Notes: generated by a model not told the origin, from the sequence alone. DNA of 64,000 nt from an uncultured Sphingobium sp. (GCA_964562225.1 CAZLSU010000001.1:1412-65411); one strand, 5' to 3'; numbered from the stretch's first letter, positions 18,403 through 29,869 are shown. Numbers and translations are program-made.

Positions 18403-19899
18403 ATGAAGAACTCTCTGATTGCCTATCGCCGGCAATGGCTCAGCGACGGCGCGTCTGCTCGCCGTGATATTCTTGCCGGTATCGTCGTGGCGCTGGCGCT
18501 CATTCCCGAAGCCATTGGCTTTTCCGTCATCGCCGGCGTTGATCCGCGCGTCGGTCTCTATGCCTCGGTCGCGATCGCCATGGTAATCGCCTGCATCGGT
18601 GGACGCCCGGGCATGATCTCTGCGGCCACTGCGGCCGTTGCGGTGCTCGTCGTACCGCTGGTTCGCGACCATGGCGTCAACTATCTGTTTGCCGCGACCA
18701 TCCTCATGGGTGCGATCCAGATTATTGCCGGGCTGATGCGCCTCGACCTGCTGATGCAGTTCGTCTCGCGCTCGGTCATCACCGGCTTCGTCAATGCGCT
18801 CGCCATCCTGATTTTCCTGGCGCAATTACCCCAGCTTACCAATGTGAGTTGGCAGACCTATGCGATGATCGCAGGCGGCCTCGCGATCATCTATCTGCTG
18901 CCCCGGCTGACCAAGGCCGTACCGTCGCCACTGGTAGCGATCCTTGTCCTGGCAGCGATCAGCATCGGTATGGGCCTGCCCGTCCACACGGTCGGCGACA
19001 TGGGCAAGCTTCCCGAAGGACTGCCGAGCTTCGCTCTGCCACAGGTGCCGCTCACCTGGGAGACCTTGCAAATCATCCTGCCCTATTCGCTGACGATGGC
19101 GGCGGTTGGGCTGCTGGAATCACTACTGACGGCGCAGATCGTCGACGACATGACCGACACGGACAGCGACAAGCGACGTGAATGCGCAGGCCAGGGCGGC
19201 GCGAACGTCGTCGCCGCGCTCGTCGGGGGCATGGGTGGCTGCGCGATGATCGGCCAGTCGGTGATCAACGTCACCTCGGGCGGGCGCGGACGGCTCTCGA
19301 CCTTCGTAGCGGGTGCATTTCTTCTCTTCCTGCTCGCAGTCCTCGGTCCGTTCGTCGGCCGCATCCCGATGCCAGCGCTGGTTGCGGTCATGATCATGGT
19401 GTCGATCGGGACATTCAGCTGGAATTCGCTGCTCAATCTGCGCCGTCACCCGCCGACATCTTCGATCGTCATGATCACCACGGTTGTGGTCGTGGTGACC
19501 ACCCATGATCTCTCGCTGGGTGTTTTGGCGGGTGTGCTGCTGTCTGGCATCTTTTTTGCGGGCAAGGTCCAACGCATGTTTGCGGTGGAGGAAATCCCAG
19601 CGACCGATGGTTGCCTTACGACCTATCACGTCACCGGCCAGATCTTCTTCGCCTCAGTCGAGCGCTTCACGCGCGCTTTTCAGACGACGGATGCTGCCGG
19701 CCAGGTCGTTATCGATGTTTCGGGCGCGCATTTCTGGGATATTTCAGGGGTAGGCGCACTCGACAAGATCGTGACCCGGTTACGACGCGAAGGGAAGGAT
19801 GTCGAAGTCGTCGGCTATAACCGCGCCAGCGCAGACCTCATCGACCGGTTTGCTCTCCACGACAAGACCGGCGTGGAGTTGGGCGCGGTGCCCCATTAA
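18403..19899 (+). CDS. SulP family inorganic anion permease with STAS domain
   Basis: DILAGIVVALALIPEAIGF, GGRPGMIS, GCAMIGQS, C-terminal GQIFFAS...FWDISG STAS. Start 18391 or 18403. Confidence 0.92.
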   Translation: MKNSLIAYRRQWLSDGASARRDILAGIVVALALIPEAIGFSVIAGVDPRVGLYASVAIAMVIACIGGRPGMISAATAAVAVLVVPLVRDHGVNYLFAATILMGAIQIIAGLMRLDLLMQFVSRSVITGFVNALAILIFLAQLPQLTNVSWQTYAMIAGGLAIIYLLPRLTKAVPSPLVAILVLAAISIGMGLPVHTVGDMGKLPEGLPSFALPQVPLTWETLQIILPYSLTMAAVGLLESLLTAQIVDDMTDTDSDKRRECAGQGGANVVAALVGGMGGCAMIGQSVINVTSGGRGRLSTFVAGAFLLFLLAVLGPFVGRIPMPALVAVMIMVSIGTFSWNSLLNLRRHPPTSSIVMITTVVVVVTTHDLSLGVLAGVLLSGIFFAGKVQRMFAVEEIPATDGCLTTYHVTGQIFFASVERFTRAFQTTDAAGQVVIDVSGAHFWDISGVGALDKIVTRLRREGKDVEVVGYNRASADLIDRFALHDKTGVELGAVPH

Positions 19900-19999
19900 A
19901 CCCTCGGCCTGAAGGCACTTTCGAGCTGACGAGCATGGCGGCCGCCGCAGGCGGGTGCCCTGGGCATCTCTCTGAGTGCAAGCGCCTGTTCGATCCTTT

Positions 20000-20788
20000 T
20001 TAGTCCGACGATGCAGTCCCTCCAGGAGCGCGCGGCAGCATTCCGAAGAAGTCCTTGAGGTCCATTGGGAACGGGAACACTATCGTCGAGCTGCGTTCAC
20101 CAGCTATGACATTGAGCGTCGACAAGTACCGCAGCTGCATCGCCTCTGGCCGCTGGCCCAGGATTTCGGCTGCCTCGAGCAGCTTGGCGGCCGCCTGCTG
20201 CTCGCCCTCGGCGTTGATCACCTTGGCGCGACGTTCGCGCTCGGCTTCGGCCTGGCGCGCGATGGCGCGCACCATCGATTCGTCGATGTCGACATGCTTG
20301 ATCTCGACATTGGCAACCTTGATGCCCCAGGCGTCGGTTTGCGCGTCCAATATCTCCTGGATATCGACGTTGAGCTTGTCCCGCTCGGCCAGCATCTCGT
20401 CGAGTTCATGCTTGCCGAGCACCGAACGCAGTGTGGTCTGAGCAAGCTCACTGGTCGCTTGCATGAAGTTCTCCACCTGGATCGTCGCGCGCTCGGGATC
20501 CATAACCCGGAAATAGATGACGGCGTTGACCTTCACCGAGACATTGTCGCGCGAGATGACGTCCTGCGTGGGAACGTCGAGGACAATGGTTCTCAGATCC
20601 ATTCGCACCATCTGCTGCACATAGGGGATGAGGAGGATGAGCCCCGGACCCTTGACCCCAGTGAAACGCCCCAGGGTAAACACGACCCCGCGCTCATATT
20701 CGCGCAAGATCTTTATGGTTGCCGTGAGAAACACGAGGACGATGATGATCGCCGGGATGTAGAAAGCCAGGCTGCCGAGCATTTGCAT
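20000..20788 (-). CDS. SPFH/stomatin (slipin) family protein
   Basis: [13 protein letters not shown]...[37 protein letters not shown]. Confidence 0.93.
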   Translation of the reverse strand: MQMLGSLAFYIPAIIIVLVFLTATIKILREYERGVVFTLGRFTGVKGPGLILLIPYVQQMVRMDLRTIVLDVPTQDVISRDNVSVKVNAVIYFRVMDPERATIQVENFMQATSELAQTTLRSVLGKHELDEMLAERDKLNVDIQEILDAQTDAWGIKVANVEIKHVDIDESMVRAIARQAEAERERRAKVINAEGEQQAAAKLLEAAEILGQRPEAMQLRYLSTLNVIAGERSSTIVFPFPMDLKDFFGMLPRAPGGTASSD

Positions 20789-20789
20789 C

Positions 20790-22217
20790 CTATATCTCCT
20801 TGATGTGAGGCGCGGCGCCAAGATCAACAGCCGCATGTTCATTGGGTTCTACGGTGAGCACCAGGCCATCCAGCATGGTGACGCTGACCTTTGCGCCGAC
20901 ATTCATTCCACGGCCACCCCTCGCCTGCCAGCGTTCGCCATGGACGAACACATGACCCTTGCCATTGCTCCAGTCGAGGATCGTCCCGGAGGCCCCGATC
21001 ATCTCCTCCCGCCCGCTCACGATCTTTCGCCGGTGCGCTGTCAGGGCCAGTCTGGCGAAGACGATGGTCATTGCCAGACCCGTCAGCGCGACAGCGACCA
21101 GAACGGGCCAGGCTATCTGGAACTGCGGTACGTCAGTGTCGATCATGATCGCGCCGCCAAGCACGAAGGCGACGATCCCCCCTATGCCCAGGATACCGAA
21201 GGACGGCGCAAACGCCTCCGCCGTCATCAACCCGACCCCAAGCAGGATGAGCGCCACGCCCGCGTAGTTCACCGGCAGGGCGGTAAGCGCATAGAGACCC
21301 GTCAGCAGGCAGATCGCGCCAATCGTGCCGGGATACAGCGCGCCAGGGTTCATGAACTCGAACAGGAGGCCGTAGACGCCGATCATCATCAGGATGAGCG
21401 CGATATTGGGATCGGTGATCGCCGCCAGCAGGCGGGTGCGCCAGTTGGGATCGACATCGACGAGCGTGAGGTTCTGCGTATCGATCGTGACCCGTGCGCC
21501 GCCGACGGTGACGGAGCGGCCATGGATCTGGGTGAGCAGGTCCTGTCTGTCTCGCGCGACAACATCGATGACCTTCCTGTCCAATGCTGCCTGCGCCGAC
21601 AGGCTGGCCGCGTTGCGCACCGCGTCTTCGGCAAAATCGACGTTGCGCCCGCGCAGTTCGGCAAGCGAGCGAATATAGGCAATCGCATCATTGAGGGCCT
21701 TCGCTTCACTCGCGCTGCCGGATTTGGGCCCGCTGCCTTGCTTGCCCGGCTCAGTTTTGTCCGGTGGCGACGCGAATGGCGAACCTCCGCCGCCGATCTG
21801 AACCGGCGTCGCGGCACCGACATTGGTGCCAGGCGCCATGGCTGCGACATGACTGGCGTAGAGAATGAACGCACCCGCACTGGCGGCACGCCCGCCACTG
21901 GGGCTCACATAGGTCACTACAGGCACCGGTGAGCGCAATATCCCCTGGATGATCTCGCGCATCGAGCTGTCGAGACCGCCCGGTGTATTCATCTCGATGA
22001 CCACGAACGGCACCTTTTCGGCCGTCGCCTTGCCAAGCCCCCGAATGACATAGTCGGACGTCGCCGGTCCGATCGCGCCACTGATATGCAGGACTGGCGC
22101 TGTGCGGCCGTTCTGCGCGAGGCCAGCCGCCCCCCAGAACAACAGGGCACCCAGCAAAAGTCCGAGGGCGCCAAGGATGCTGACAGGCCTAAGCCGGATC
22201 GTTCCAGTCTTGGCCAT
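20790..22217 (-). CDS. nfeD: NfeD family membrane-bound ClpP-class serine protease
   Basis: [25 protein letters not shown] region, C-terminal OB fold VHGERWQA; canonical pairing with SPFH. Confidence 0.9.
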   Translation of the reverse strand: MAKTGTIRLRPVSILGALGLLLGALLFWGAAGLAQNGRTAPVLHISGAIGPATSDYVIRGLGKATAEKVPFVVIEMNTPGGLDSSMREIIQGILRSPVPVVTYVSPSGGRAASAGAFILYASHVAAMAPGTNVGAATPVQIGGGGSPFASPPDKTEPGKQGSGPKSGSASEAKALNDAIAYIRSLAELRGRNVDFAEDAVRNAASLSAQAALDRKVIDVVARDRQDLLTQIHGRSVTVGGARVTIDTQNLTLVDVDPNWRTRLLAAITDPNIALILMMIGVYGLLFEFMNPGALYPGTIGAICLLTGLYALTALPVNYAGVALILLGVGLMTAEAFAPSFGILGIGGIVAFVLGGAIMIDTDVPQFQIAWPVLVAVALTGLAMTIVFARLALTAHRRKIVSGREEMIGASGTILDWSNGKGHVFVHGERWQARGGRGMNVGAKVSVTMLDGLVLTVEPNEHAAVDLGAAPHIKEI

Positions 22218-22242
22218 TTATCATCATCCTCGCTGTCGGACT

Positions 22243-23103
22243 TCAGGTCTGTTCGCGTATCATCAGCGTATCGACGAGCAGCCAGGACAGCAGGGACTCT
22301 GCATTGCTGCCGATCGTGGCGTGCGCGAATCCGCTTCTGCCGTGCGTGCCGAGCACGACCAGATCAGCACCTGTTTCGCGCAAGGCTTTCGCTACCACCT
22401 GCCCGGTCTCTCCGTAACCGAGCCGCGCCTGAATACGTTCCCTCAGGACCTCCGAAAAGAACGCGTCGTTCGCGAACTCGTCGAGCTCACGCTGTGCTTC
22501 CTCGCGCACTTCCTGGCGCACATCCTCCGACGTCAGCCAGGCCTCATAGGGGACATGATAGGCATGTATGATATGCAACGCTGCATCAGGAAACAGCTCT
22601 CCCGCCCGCGCAACGGCCTCACGTGAGCAGGTTGAAAGATCGGTAGCTATCAGCAGTGTCGCGTAAGGCCTGTGCGGACGCTGCTTCACGACGAGTACCG
22701 GAACCGGCGCGTGACGAATGATGTGGTCGACAGCTGTCCCGAGGAAATAGTCACCTACACTGTTATAGCGCGCCACCCCCGTCACGATGAGGGCGCTTTC
22801 GCGCTCCTGCGCCGTGTGGGTGATCGTCTCCGGAACGGAGCCTGTAGCGATGATTATCTCGGTATCGCGCGCGTCTTCGGGAAGTGTTTGCATCACGCGC
22901 ATGCGCGTTGCGTCGACTTCGACCGTGTCATCGGCCTTGCTATCACGCTCCAAGACGTGAAGAACATCGACGACTGCGTTCCATGGAAGCGCGACGATCA
23001 GTGCCCGGTCAACGGCGCGATCACAACGAGCGCTGAGATCGGTTGCTACGACGATTGATTTTCTTTTTGTCGACATGCGTGTCGATCCTCTCTCCTTGAG
23101 CAT
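22243..23103 (-). CDS. Tandem-domain universal stress protein
   Basis: IVVATDLS twice, LGTAVDHIIRHAPVPVLVV, DLVVLGTHGRSG...IGSNAE. Confidence 0.9.
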   Translation of the reverse strand: MLKERGSTRMSTKRKSIVVATDLSARCDRAVDRALIVALPWNAVVDVLHVLERDSKADDTVEVDATRMRVMQTLPEDARDTEIIIATGSVPETITHTAQERESALIVTGVARYNSVGDYFLGTAVDHIIRHAPVPVLVVKQRPHRPYATLLIATDLSTCSREAVARAGELFPDAALHIIHAYHVPYEAWLTSEDVRQEVREEAQRELDEFANDAFFSEVLRERIQARLGYGETGQVVAKALRETGADLVVLGTHGRSGFAHATIGSNAESLLSWLLVDTLMIREQT

Positions 23104-23129
23104 ATCAGAAAGTCTTCACCGCGTAACCC

Positions 23130-23889
23130 TCAGCGGAACTGTTCCGCGACGGCGGGCAAGACAGCAGGCGAGATACTGACGAAGGCCGACTGTTCAGCCC
23201 GGCTGATATGGGTCATCGTTCGAACGAAGCTGTCGGGATTGAGCGAGATCGAATCGATACCTTCGTTCACCAGGAACGCTGCGAAGTCCGGATAGTTGCT
23301 GGGCGCCTGACCACAGATGCCAATCTTTATGTCGGCGGCATGCGCTTTGCGGATAGCTTCGGATACCATGCGCATGACGGCCTCGTCCCGCTCGTCGAAA
23401 AGCGTCGCGAGCAGATCGGAATCACGATCGACACCGAGCTGGGTGAGGTCATTCGACCCGATCGAGAATCCGTGGAAGCGCTTCGCGAACGCCTCGGCGA
23501 GGATGACGTTCGAAGGGATCTCACACATCATATAGACTTGAAGCCCATTGTCGCCGCAGCGCAGCCCGTTTTCCGCCATCACCCCAAGAACCCGGTCGGC
23601 TTCGGCGGGTGTACGGCAAAAGGGCACCATGATGATGACATTGGTGAAGCCCAGTGTCTCGCGGACGCGCTTGAGGGCCCGGCATAGCTGCTCATCCGGG
23701 ATCGGATCGCGGGCGCCAATCCATTGTCGGCGATGAATGCACGATAGGCACCGGCCGTCGTCGCGAATCCGCCCGGAACACGCACGCCCTTGCCGGACAG
23801 TTCCCGCCGAGCGATGCATTCTTCCCACCGACAGATGCCACATCGTCGATACCAATTCTTTCAAACCAGACGATCTGATGTTCTGTCAT
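23130..23889 (-). pseudogene. ppsA: Phosphoenolpyruvate synthase pseudogene (frameshifts plus large internal deletion)
   Basis: N-terminal [22 protein letters not shown] and [12 protein letters not shown] in different frames, joined almost directly to C-terminal MVPFCRT...MMCEIPSN...GFSIGSNDLTQL...GICGQAPS. Confidence 0.85.
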
Positions 23890-24089
23890 CGCTCGACCTC
23901 ATGCATCGCTCTGAGGTTCATCGGGGATCGGAGATCGGTAACTTGGCTGCGGATGTCCACCAAGATTCGCTGGTAGAGCTTCACGAACTGCCGATGAACG
24001 CACCGTACGTCTCTCCGCTCGGCTTGGCGCGCCAGGGCGCGATGTGTGCGTGACCGTCGCAGCAGGTAGGGGATGCCCGGCATATGCAT
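23886..24089 (-). CDS. Small hypothetical protein
   Basis: 67 aa; stop overlaps the ppsA start (ATGA); AAGGA upstream. Confidence 0.4.
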   Translation of the reverse strand: MHMPGIPYLLRRSRTHRALARQAERRDVRCVHRQFVKLYQRILVDIRSQVTDLRSPMNLRAMHEVER

Positions 24090-24384
24090 GCGAGTCCTTC
24101 CGATAAGGGGCTATCAGGGGGGCTGAACCGCGGATCTGTGTAATGTCCCTTAGTACGCCGAGCACGCCGGATTTGCGCAGCGCCAGAGAACCTTCCCAAG
24201 GCCAAATGCGTCTCCGGCCGGCTACCAGGGCGGAACACCTTGCCGAACCGGGGCCAGCCTTGCATAACGATCTGGGCTGGCCATGAGGGGTAGCCTAATC
24301 CCACGCCGCCCACATGGTTCCGCGCGAACTCCGGGAGCAAAAAGCACAGCGAGGTAGTTCGCCCGCCGCACGCCGGAGCCATTG

Positions 24385-27234
24385 ATGTCCTTGTTTCTCC
24401 TGTGCCTGTTGCCCTTCCTCGGAGCGGTTCTTGTGGGGGGAGTGCCGAACGCCAGCCGGACGGTGCTGGCCACAGTCGCGGCGGCGGTCACCGGTGCGGC
24501 CCTGATCCTCCTGCTCGTTCAGGCGCCAACGGTGATCGCGGACGGACGGGTTTCGGAGCGGATGGACTGGATCCCGACACTCGGTCTGTCGGCCAGCCTC
24601 TACCTCGACGCGCTCGGCCTTCTCTTCGCCGGCCTGATTCTCGGTATCGGCCTTCTCGTCATCATCTATGCGCGCTTCTATTTGAAACCGAGCGATCCAA
24701 TGGGTCGCTTCTACGCTTTTCTGCTCCTGTTCCAGGGAGCGATGCTCGGCATCGCGCTATCTGGCAACGTCCTGCTGCTGCTCATCTTCTGGGAACTGAC
24801 GAGTCTCAGTTCCTTCCTGCTCATCGGCTTCTGGCGCGACCGCGCGGAGGCGCGGCAGGGCGCGCGGATGGCGCTGGCGGTGACGGGTGGAGGCGGCCTC
24901 GCGCTGATCGCGGGCCTGATCCTGCTCGGCCGGATCGCCGGCACCTATGAGCTGGAGGAGATTTTGCGCAGCGGCGCGCTGATCCAGGCATCGCCGCAGT
25001 ATCCGCTCACGCTTGTCCTGATCCTGATCGGTTGCTTCACCAAGTCAGCGCAGTTCCCTTTTCATTTCTGGCTTCCCCACGCCATGGCCGCGCCTACGCC
25101 GGTCAGCGCCTATCTCCATTCCGCGACGATGGTGAAGGCCGGCGTGTTCCTGCTGGCGCGCCTTTGGCCCGCCCTCGCCGGGACCGAACTCTGGTTCTAT
25201 CTCGTCGCCACTACCGGGCTGGTGACCATGCTGCTTGGCGCCGCGATTGCCCTGTTCAAACATGACCTGAAGGCGATCCTTGCCTATTCGACCGTCAGCC
25301 AACTGGGCCTGCTGACGATGCTGTTCGGACTGGGGACGCCGATGGCGGCGGTGGCCGGCCTGTTCCACCTGCTCAACCACGCGCTCTTCAAGGCGGCGCT
25401 TTTCATGAATGCGGGCATTGTGGATCACGAGACCGGCACGCGCGACGCGCGGCTGCTCGGCGGCCTTGCGACGCTGATGCCGATCACGGCCACACTGGGG
25501 CTGCTCGCCTGCGCATCGATGGCCGGATTGCCGCCGCTCGGCGGTTTCCTTTCCAAGGAAATGATGCTGGAGGAGGCTGCACACACCAGCCTCGCGGGGA
25601 TCGATTGGCTGGTGCCGCTGCTGGCAACGATCGCGGCGACTTTGTCGGTCGCCTATTCGCTGCGCTACGCCGTGCATGTCTATCTGGGCAAGCGGCGGGC
25701 GCAAACCCCGCTCGCCCCGCATGATCCGCCGGTGGGCCTTTGGGGACCGCCGGCGCTGCTGGTGGCTGGCGCGGTTGCGATCGGCCTGTTTCCGATGACG
25801 CTTGCTGGCGGGCTCGTACAGGGAGCGGCCGGGGCCGTCATCGGCGCTGCTCCACCGCCCCTTGCACTCAAGCTCTGGCATGGCTTCACCCCATCCCTGG
25901 GCATGAGCGCCATCGCGATCCTGCTCGGTGCGCTGATCCTGGCGGGCTATGCGCCGCTTCTGCGCCGATGGGACACGCTGCCCCTTCCCGTGGCCAAAAC
26001 CCTGTTCGACCATGGCGTTGCCGCATTGGTGGAGACAAGCCGGCGGATCACCCTTGCCATCCACAATGGGTCCCTGCAGCGCTATCTTGGCATCCTCTTC
26101 CTGTCCGCCATCGCAGCAGGTACGACCGGACTGATCGCTGGCGGCTACGTCACCGGCGACCGCCCGACATTGCCCGCGTCACCGGTGGCGATCGTCGCAT
26201 GGGGGGCGCTCATCGCTGCGACCTTTGCCGTGATCCGCGCACAACGGCATCGCTATGTCGCGCTCATCTTCATCAGCGTCATCGGTCTCGTGGTCTCGCT
26301 CGGTTTCATCTACCTGTCGGCGCCCGATCTGGCGCTGACCCAGATCTCGGTGGAAATCGTGACCATCCTGCTGCTGCTGCTGGCGCTCAACCTGCTGCCC
26401 AAGCGCCCGCCCCGCCTGAGTTCGACCCCGCTGCGCGTGCGTGACGGTGTCTTGGGAATCATTGGCGGATGCGGCGCGGGCTTTCTCGCCTGGGCGGTGA
26501 TGACGCGTGCGCCCAACGATCCCATCTCCGCCTATCATTGGGCCAACAGCTATTCGGGTGGCGGTGGCAACAATGTCGTCAACGTCACCCTTGTCGACTT
26601 CCGGGCGTTCGACACTTTCGGCGAGATCATCGTGCTCGGAATCGCGGCGCTCGCGATCTTCTCGCTGCTGCAGACCGCTGCACGCGGCGCATCGGGCCGA
26701 CGACTGTTGCAGTGGATACCCGATCTCGTCCGCTCGCCCGAACGCCACCCGATGATGTTCGTCGTGGCAACCCGGCTGCTGCTCCCGCTGGCGATGCTTG
26801 TCGGCGTTTACATCTTCCTGCGCGGTCACAATCTGCCTGGCGGCGGCTTCATTGCCGGGCTGGTGATCTCGATCGCAATCCTGATGCAGTATATGGCTTC
26901 CGGGTTCGACTGGACCGACCAGCGCCGACGGCTCGACGAACATGCGATGATCGCCTGCGGGGTGCTCGTCGCTGCCGCGACCGGGCTCGGTGCGCTGCTG
27001 TTCGGACGGCCCTTGTTCACCAGCGCCTTTGGACATTTCGATCTTCCGTTCATCGGATCGTTCGAGCTGGCGAGCGCCATGGCCTTCGATATCGGCGTTG
27101 CAGCGACAGTCGTCGGCGCGGTGATGCTCGCGCTGGCCGAATTGAGCCATATCGCCCAGCGCGCCGAGAAGGACGCCCGCAGCGAGCATGCCATGGACGT
27201 CGATCCCGCCCGCCCGCGGGAAACACGCGCATGA
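24385..27234 (+). CDS. phaA: Mrp/Pha monovalent cation/H+ antiporter subunit A (A+B fusion)
   Basis: FWELTS, KSAQFPFHFWLPHAMAAPTPVSAYLHSATMVKAG, VDFRAFDTFGE, GHNLPGGGF. Confidence 0.95.
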   Translation: MSLFLLCLLPFLGAVLVGGVPNASRTVLATVAAAVTGAALILLLVQAPTVIADGRVSERMDWIPTLGLSASLYLDALGLLFAGLILGIGLLVIIYARFYLKPSDPMGRFYAFLLLFQGAMLGIALSGNVLLLLIFWELTSLSSFLLIGFWRDRAEARQGARMALAVTGGGGLALIAGLILLGRIAGTYELEEILRSGALIQASPQYPLTLVLILIGCFTKSAQFPFHFWLPHAMAAPTPVSAYLHSATMVKAGVFLLARLWPALAGTELWFYLVATTGLVTMLLGAAIALFKHDLKAILAYSTVSQLGLLTMLFGLGTPMAAVAGLFHLLNHALFKAALFMNAGIVDHETGTRDARLLGGLATLMPITATLGLLACASMAGLPPLGGFLSKEMMLEEAAHTSLAGIDWLVPLLATIAATLSVAYSLRYAVHVYLGKRRAQTPLAPHDPPVGLWGPPALLVAGAVAIGLFPMTLAGGLVQGAAGAVIGAAPPPLALKLWHGFTPSLGMSAIAILLGALILAGYAPLLRRWDTLPLPVAKTLFDHGVAALVETSRRITLAIHNGSLQRYLGILFLSAIAAGTTGLIAGGYVTGDRPTLPASPVAIVAWGALIAATFAVIRAQRHRYVALIFISVIGLVVSLGFIYLSAPDLALTQISVEIVTILLLLLALNLLPKRPPRLSSTPLRVRDGVLGIIGGCGAGFLAWAVMTRAPNDPISAYHWANSYSGGGGNNVVNVTLVDFRAFDTFGEIIVLGIAALAIFSLLQTAARGASGRRLLQWIPDLVRSPERHPMMFVVATRLLLPLAMLVGVYIFLRGHNLPGGGFIAGLVISIAILMQYMASGFDWTDQRRRLDEHAMIACGVLVAAATGLGALLFGRPLFTSAFGHFDLPFIGSFELASAMAFDIGVAATVVGAVMLALAELSHIAQRAEKDARSEHAMDVDPARPRETRA

Positions 27235-27587
27235 GCCTCGAATTCCTGGTTGCCAGCACCATTGGCGTGCTCACCGCCGCGGGCATCTATCTGTGCCTGC
27301 GCGGACGCACATTTCCGGTCGTACTTGGGCTGGCGATGCTCTCCTATGCCATCAACGTGTTCCTGTTCGCGATGGGTCGTCTGGTGGTCGATCGCCCACC
27401 GATCTATGAAAAGGGGTTGGCCGATTACGCCGACCCGCTGCCGCAGGCGCTGGTCCTGACGGCAATCGTCATCTCCTTCGGGATGACCGCACTCGTCGTC
27501 GTTCTGTCGCTGCGGACCTATCTCGAAACGGGAACCGACCAAGTCGACGGGATTGCCGATCAGCAGCCAGAGGATGACGGGGCATGA
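27231..27587 (+). CDS. phaC: Mrp/Pha antiporter subunit C
   Basis: MSLEFLVAS...YADPLPQALVLTAIVISFG; ATGA overlap with subunit A. Confidence 0.93.
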   Translation: MSLEFLVASTIGVLTAAGIYLCLRGRTFPVVLGLAMLSYAINVFLFAMGRLVVDRPPIYEKGLADYADPLPQALVLTAIVISFGMTALVVVLSLRTYLETGTDQVDGIADQQPEDDGA

Positions 27588-29107
27588 CGCACCTCATCGT
27601 TGCTCCCATCGTCCTGCCCGCGATCATCGCCGCGCTTTCGCTGCTCTTCCGTCGCCGGCGACGTTGGCTGGGGGCCGCCATCGGCCTTGCCGGCTGCGCG
27701 ACGCTCCTGCTGGTCGCCCTTGCCCTGTTTATCCGCGCTTATGATGGCGCGATCTCGGTATACGCCCTCGGCGATTGGCCGGCGCCCTTCGGCATCGTGC
27801 TGGTGCTTGATCGGTTGTCGGCACTGATGCTCCTGCTGACCTCGGTGCTGGCAACGATCGTCCTGTGCCACGCGGTGATCACGGGGCTTGACCGCAAGGG
27901 ATGGCATTTCCATCCCCTTTTCCAGTTCCTGCTAGTCGGGCTCGACGGCGCCTTCCTGACCGGCGACCTCTTCAACCTGTTCGTTTTCTTCGAAGTGTTG
28001 CTGATCGCTTCCTATGGGCTCATGCTTCACGGCCAGGGGGCGAACCGGCTGAAGGCCGGCCTCCAATATATCGTCATCAACCTGGTGGGTTCGACCCTGT
28101 TCCTGATCGGCATCGGCGTCCTCTACGGCGTTACCGGCACGCTCAACATGGCGGACATGGCGGTGCGCATCGCAAAGCTGGCCCCGGGCGACCAGGGGCT
28201 CGCAGGCGCCGGGGCGCTGCTGCTGACAATTGTGTTCGCGCTCAAGGGGGCGTTGCTGCCGCTGCATCTGTGGCTGCCGCGTACCTATGCCAGCACCGCC
28301 CCGGCCATGGCGGCATTGTTCGCGATCATGACCAAGATCGGCGTCTATTCGCTCATCCGCGTAACGTCGCTGGTCTTCGGGGCAGGCGCGGGCGCGCTCG
28401 CCTGGCTCCCGGCGCGCTGGATGCTGCCAGCCTCGCTCCTTACCGTCATGGTGGGCTTTATCGGACTGCTGTCGGCGCGAGGGCTGCGCGAACAGGCCGC
28501 CTTCGGACTTGTCGGCTCGACGGGCACGCTGCTCGTGGCGGTATCCCTGTTCGAGCCGCGCGCGATGGCAGCGGCGCTCTATTATCTGCCCCATACCACC
28601 CTGGCCGGCGCGCTGCTGTTCCTCGTCGGGGATCTGATCGCCCGCCGTCGCCCGGACTATGGCGACGCCATCACTATGGGACCGCGCTTCGCCAATATCG
28701 AGGTGATATCCGTGCTCTACATGCTGGCGGCGATCGCGCTGGCGGGCATGCCGCCTTTGTCGGGATTCATCGGCAAGCTGCTGATCCTCGACGCGGTGGA
28801 GGCGCATCCGGCTGCAGGCTGGATCTGGGCGACAATCCTTGGAACCACCCTGATTGCGATCATCGGCCTGGCGCGGACAGGCAGCACGCTGTTCTGGAAG
28901 AGCAGTACCTGCGGCGAGGCAGCCCGCCCGGCCCCGGGAGGCGTGACCAGCAAGGAGTTGCTGCCCTCCATCGCGCTCATCATCCTGATGGTCGCTCTGG
29001 TGGTGGGCGCCGGCCCCGTCACGGCCTTCTGCGACATGGTCTCGGCCCAGCTGTTCGCCCCGCAGACCTATATCGAGGCCGTGCTCGGCAGGGATGGGGA
29101 AAGGTGA
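27584..29107 (+). CDS. phaD: Mrp/Pha antiporter subunit D
   Basis: GDWPAPFGI, FLTGDLFNLFVFFEVLL, PLHLWLP, GMPPLSGFIGK. Confidence 0.95.
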   Translation: MTHLIVAPIVLPAIIAALSLLFRRRRRWLGAAIGLAGCATLLLVALALFIRAYDGAISVYALGDWPAPFGIVLVLDRLSALMLLLTSVLATIVLCHAVITGLDRKGWHFHPLFQFLLVGLDGAFLTGDLFNLFVFFEVLLIASYGLMLHGQGANRLKAGLQYIVINLVGSTLFLIGIGVLYGVTGTLNMADMAVRIAKLAPGDQGLAGAGALLLTIVFALKGALLPLHLWLPRTYASTAPAMAALFAIMTKIGVYSLIRVTSLVFGAGAGALAWLPARWMLPASLLTVMVGFIGLLSARGLREQAAFGLVGSTGTLLVAVSLFEPRAMAAALYYLPHTTLAGALLFLVGDLIARRRPDYGDAITMGPRFANIEVISVLYMLAAIALAGMPPLSGFIGKLLILDAVEAHPAAGWIWATILGTTLIAIIGLARTGSTLFWKSSTCGEAARPAPGGVTSKELLPSIALIILMVALVVGAGPVTAFCDMVSAQLFAPQTYIEAVLGRDGER

Positions 29108-29111
29108 GGCG

Positions 29112-29603
29112 ATGCTGAGGAAGCTCTTTCCCCATCCTGGGTTGACGGTGCTGCTGATCGTGGTGTGGCTGCTGATGCTCAACAGCCTCAGCATTGGCGG
29201 GCTGGTGGTCGCCGTCCTGCTCGGCACGGTGATCCCGATCTTCACAGCGCCCTTCTGGCCGGGCCGGCCGCCACTGCATTTCGGTTGGCCGATCGTCGAA
29301 TATCTCCTCGTCGTGATCGGCGATATCGTCGTCGCGAACTTCCACGTCGCGCGCATCATCCTGTTTCGGCGGAACCGTGATCTGCGCTCGCGCTGGTTGG
29401 TCATTCCGCTGGAACTGCGTTCGGCCGAGGCGATCACCCTGCTCGCCGGCACGATCAGCCTGACCCCCGGCACGGTCTCCTCCGACGTCTCCGCCGATGG
29501 CCGGTTCCTGCTGGTCCATGCGCTGGACGTGATCGACGAGGCAGCCGAGGTCGCACGCATCAAGCAACGCTACGAGGCGCGCCTGCAAAGGATCTTCCGA
29601 TGA
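29112..29603 (+). CDS. phaE: Mrp/Pha antiporter subunit E
   Basis: ISLTPGT, LLVHALD, IKQRYEARL. Confidence 0.92.
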   Translation: MLRKLFPHPGLTVLLIVVWLLMLNSLSIGGLVVAVLLGTVIPIFTAPFWPGRPPLHFGWPIVEYLLVVIGDIVVANFHVARIILFRRNRDLRSRWLVIPLELRSAEAITLLAGTISLTPGTVSSDVSADGRFLLVHALDVIDEAAEVARIKQRYEARLQRIFR

Positions 29604-29869
29604 TCGGATATGCCCTCGCCACCGCCTTCGCCTGCGTCGCCGTGGCGCTTGTGCTCGCCCTGTTCCGCCTGCTCGCGGGGCCGACCCGCGGCGACCGCAT
29701 CCTCGCGCTCGATACCATGGTGATCAATGCGATCGCGTTGATCGTCCTGTTCGGCATCCACCAGACGAGCACCACCTATTTTGAGGCGGCCCTGCTGCTT
29801 GCCATGGTGGGCTTTGTCGGCACCGTCGCCTATTGCAAGTTCCTCCTGCGCGGGGACATCGTGGAATGA
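29600..29869 (+). CDS. phaF: Mrp/Pha antiporter subunit F
   Basis: GPTRGDRILALD...GFVGTVAYCKFLLRGDIVE. Confidence 0.92.
   Translation: MIGYALATAFACVAVALVLALFRLLAGPTRGDRILALDTMVINAIALIVLFGIHQTSTTYFEAALLLAMVGFVGTVAYCKFLLRGDIVE

Noticed and set aside
24090-24384. Possible Na+/Li+ riboswitch or FNR/FixK box upstream of mrp and the usp operon
   Set aside because: One hairpin (GCCAGCC/GGCTGGC) is present, but no recognisable riboswitch consensus and no TTGAT-N4-ATCAA.
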